Shown here one piece after another: positions 37,988 to 39,730 of a stretch of 39,730 bases of DNA. How positions within the stretch are numbered: the stretch's first letter is position 1; the number at the start of each line of letters is the position of its first letter. The stretch comes from an uncultured Zetaproteobacteria bacterium (GTDB lineage Bacteria; Pseudomonadota; Zetaproteobacteria; Mariprofundales; Mariprofundaceae): assembly GCA_964414875.1 (NCBI GenBank), contig CAYPXU010000002.1, positions 1 to 39,730 of the forward strand. The letters are read 5' to 3'. Under the pieces are notes generated by a model, which did no database searches, had not been told where the DNA came from, and was given only the letters and a program-made list of their open reading frames with translations. The translations under genes were made by a program, and so were the position numbers.

Positions 37988-39576
37988 GATGGCTCTCCTG
38001 TTAATTTTTTAATTTCGTTGAAAATCGTATTTGGAGAAAAGGGTTTGACCTGCACATGGATATTCTCCATACCATCCACAAGTTCCAGCGTGTGATGTAC
38101 ATCGTAGCCAGAGATTAAAACGATCGGGATCGTGGATATGGCGCGGATTTTCCTCGCTGCTTCCGGGCCGCCCATATTTGGCATTGATACATCCAGTACC
38201 ACCACATCATAATACTCAGGCAACTTTTGAAACTGCTCCCATGCCAATAAACCATCTTCAAAAGCATCTACATTACTGCCTTCATCCTCAAAAATAGAGC
38301 AAAAGACTTCGCGGATCATCTCTTCATCATCTGCAAACAACACATGCATGGGTTGCAGACCGGTGCCTGCCTTTGGCTCAAGTTGCGTGGAATCAGACTG
38401 TATTGCATCGCTCATGTTGATTTTGGGGAATAACATTCTGAAACTGGTTAATGTTTTTGAACAACTCCCACATAGCATCGGGCATGGTTCACGCGTGCAT
38501 TCAATAAACCCGTGATGGGTTATCATCGAACCATAGACCATAGGCAACCCCAATCCTGTTCCAGCGTTAACGCTCTTGGTGGTATAAAATGGCTCAAATA
38601 TATGCCCTTTGATTTCCTCACTGACGCCAGAGCCGTTATCCATTATATACAGAGCAACCCAGTTATCGCTTTGTGCGACCGTATCTGGCAATCCGGTCGG
38701 GTCAGGTTGGATTAGCAATGAAATACATGGACACGCTACATCGGCAACTGCATCGCGAGCATTGTTGATTAAGTTCAATAACATTTGCTGCAATTGAACA
38801 ATATCGGCAGAAATATAAATTAACTGTTCTGGCGGATGCCAATTCAGCCTGATAGTTTCAGGTACGGACATGCGCAATAATGAGATATTTTCTGTAATAA
38901 AAGCCCCCAGTTCAATGGGCTCCATTTTGACAATGCCTTTGCGGGCAAAGGCTAGTAACTGCTTTACCAGTTGACTAGCTCGATCACATAGTACATCCAT
39001 TTGATCAACACTCTCAATCAATTTGGCATGGTTAGGATATTCAGATTTCAACTTCCACTGCATACCCATGAGTGCGGTAAGAATATTATTGAAATTATGC
39101 GCAACGCCACCGGCCAGTGTACCAACTGCTTCCATCTTTTGCGCTTCGATAAAGCGTTCGTGTTCCGATTCCTGTTCGCGTCGGGCTTCGACATAACCCA
39201 TTTCCCGACGCAATACATCGCCTAGCTTGGAGAGCTCATCCTTGCGAATAAAGTCACGCACCCCACCACGAATAAAGCGGGATATTTCATCAAGTTCCAC
39301 CATGCCCGATATAATCACCACCGACACTGGTGTGGGACTGAATTTATCAATTGTTTTAATCGCATCATGCACCGATAGTTCCGGCATGCGCACATCACAA
39401 AGAACAATATCCCAGACATGATGCTCTAGCGCAGACTGCAGCTGCGCTATCGATTCAACACGCTGACTATGAATCTGAAACCCTTCTTTTTTGATAACCC
39501 GTTGTAACGCAAAGGCATCATCATTGGAATCATCAATGATTAAAACATTTAGAGCCTGTTTCGATAGTTTGTTCAT
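37984..39576 (-). CDS. Hybrid histidine kinase REC-HisKA-HATPase-REC
   Basis: I prefer the ATG at 39576 (GGGAGAG RBS) over 39594. N-terminal REC (LIIDDSNDD, IVLCDVRMP). H-box GVAHNFNNILTAL. N/G boxes (NLINNARDA, DNGSGV, GTGLGL). C-terminal REC (VLFADDEE, VVLDVSMPNMGG, KPF). The stop overlaps the rsbR start (ATGA). Confidence 0.85.
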   Translation of the reverse strand: MNKLSKQALNVLIIDDSNDDAFALQRVIKKEGFQIHSQRVESIAQLQSALEHHVWDIVLCDVRMPELSVHDAIKTIDKFSPTPVSVVIISGMVELDEISRFIRGGVRDFIRKDELSKLGDVLRREMGYVEARREQESEHERFIEAQKMEAVGTLAGGVAHNFNNILTALMGMQWKLKSEYPNHAKLIESVDQMDVLCDRASQLVKQLLAFARKGIVKMEPIELGAFITENISLLRMSVPETIRLNWHPPEQLIYISADIVQLQQMLLNLINNARDAVADVACPCISLLIQPDPTGLPDTVAQSDNWVALYIMDNGSGVSEEIKGHIFEPFYTTKSVNAGTGLGLPMVYGSMITHHGFIECTREPCPMLCGSCSKTLTSFRMLFPKINMSDAIQSDSTQLEPKAGTGLQPMHVLFADDEEMIREVFCSIFEDEGSNVDAFEDGLLAWEQFQKLPEYYDVVVLDVSMPNMGGPEAARKIRAISTIPIVLISGYDVHHTLELVDGMENIHVQVKPFSPNTIFNEIKKLTGEPS

Positions 39577-39730
39577 ACCTACTCTCCCAAACATTTAAGT
39601 TACTTTAGCATCAGTATTGCAATTGCGCCATTAGTTTTAAAAGGTATTGCTCGGTCGATAAGTGTACGGAACCTACATTGCCTCGGTGTTTCCGGCCTTG
39701 TCCGTGGACCAGTACTCCAACGTGTGGTTC

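Noticed and set aside
37220-38012. Long plus-strand ORFs (211 aa and 215 aa) lie opposite rsbR. Similar antisense ORFs occur elsewhere, e.g. 2321..2932, 4260..4949, 21967..22422, 33675..34127, 34875..35336, 8442..8876 and 29649..30038.
   Set aside because: All lie entirely inside, and antisense to, well-supported conserved minus-strand genes. They have skewed, low-complexity composition, no RBS and no recognisable motifs. They are typical shadow ORFs.
39611-39730. The window edge has an open minus-strand frame of 39 codons ending in TGA at 39611 (..GVLVHGQGRKHRGNVGSVHLSTEQYLLKLMAQLQY). I also checked it for structured-RNA similarity: the tmRNA-like ACCGAGG..TGTAGG string, RNase P 3'-end-like ACTGGTCCACGGACAAGGCCGG, and a tRNA T-arm at the very end.
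   Set aside because: The RNA resemblances are short and lack the obligatory neighbouring elements: there is no tRNA-like acceptor or T-arm, no GGAAAGTCCGG core, and no U33 in the only anticodon-like loop. An open frame of 39 codons is not statistically meaningful, and I recognise no protein family. The region is probably the 3' end of an upstream gene, but this is unproven.
1-39730. I scanned for CRISPR arrays, rRNA or tRNA genes, and long direct repeats.
   Set aside because: By eye I found no regularly spaced direct repeats, no rRNA-like segments and no cloverleaf candidates in the intergenic gaps. The intergenic gaps are generally short; the largest are 414 nt and about 295 nt, and the rest are under about 170 nt. 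A tRNAscan/Infernal run would be needed to confirm this formally.

Overview
This 39.7-kb chromosomal window probably comes from a gammaproteobacterium. The evidence is synteny (grpE-dnaK-dnaJ-dapB, ffh/rpsP-rimM-trmD, glnA-glnE); the organism cannot be named from sequence alone. I call 35 confident protein genes, 34 of them on the minus strand. By eye I found no rRNA genes, tRNA genes or CRISPR arrays.

Housekeeping content: rsmB, glnE, glnA, fumC, dapB, dnaJ, dnaK, grpE, trmD, rimM, rpsP, ffh, an FKBP lipoprotein and guaA.

Accessory or unusual content:
1. An arsM-arsS organoarsenical pair, separated by a 76-nt compound palindromic element.
2. An orphan HAMP-PP2C phosphatase.
3. A tightly coupled operon I cannot assign to any known pathway: TetR::PqqD fusion, ATP-grasp ligase, type-III PLP decarboxylase and a urea-transporter::M23-peptidase fusion, followed by a beta-barrel OMP and a TPR protein.
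4. The only plus-strand gene, a NaChBac/NavAb-type voltage-gated channel with an unusually acidic TLEDWTD selectivity filter.
5. A secretin-N-like gene sitting where rplS normally follows trmD.
6. An IS200-like Y1 (HUH) transposase with a C-terminal HTH, bracketed by perfect 21-bp inverted repeats.
7. Directly next to that transposase, a G+C-enriched nine-gene operon. It embeds a complete stressosome module (RsbR-RsbS-RsbT-RsbX homologues) in a phosphorelay with three histidine-kinase cores and seven receiver domains, and with no recognisable output or Hpt domain.

Items 7 and 3 are the best candidates for uncharacterised systems. All functional calls rest on reading motifs in the supplied translations. 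No database search was run.
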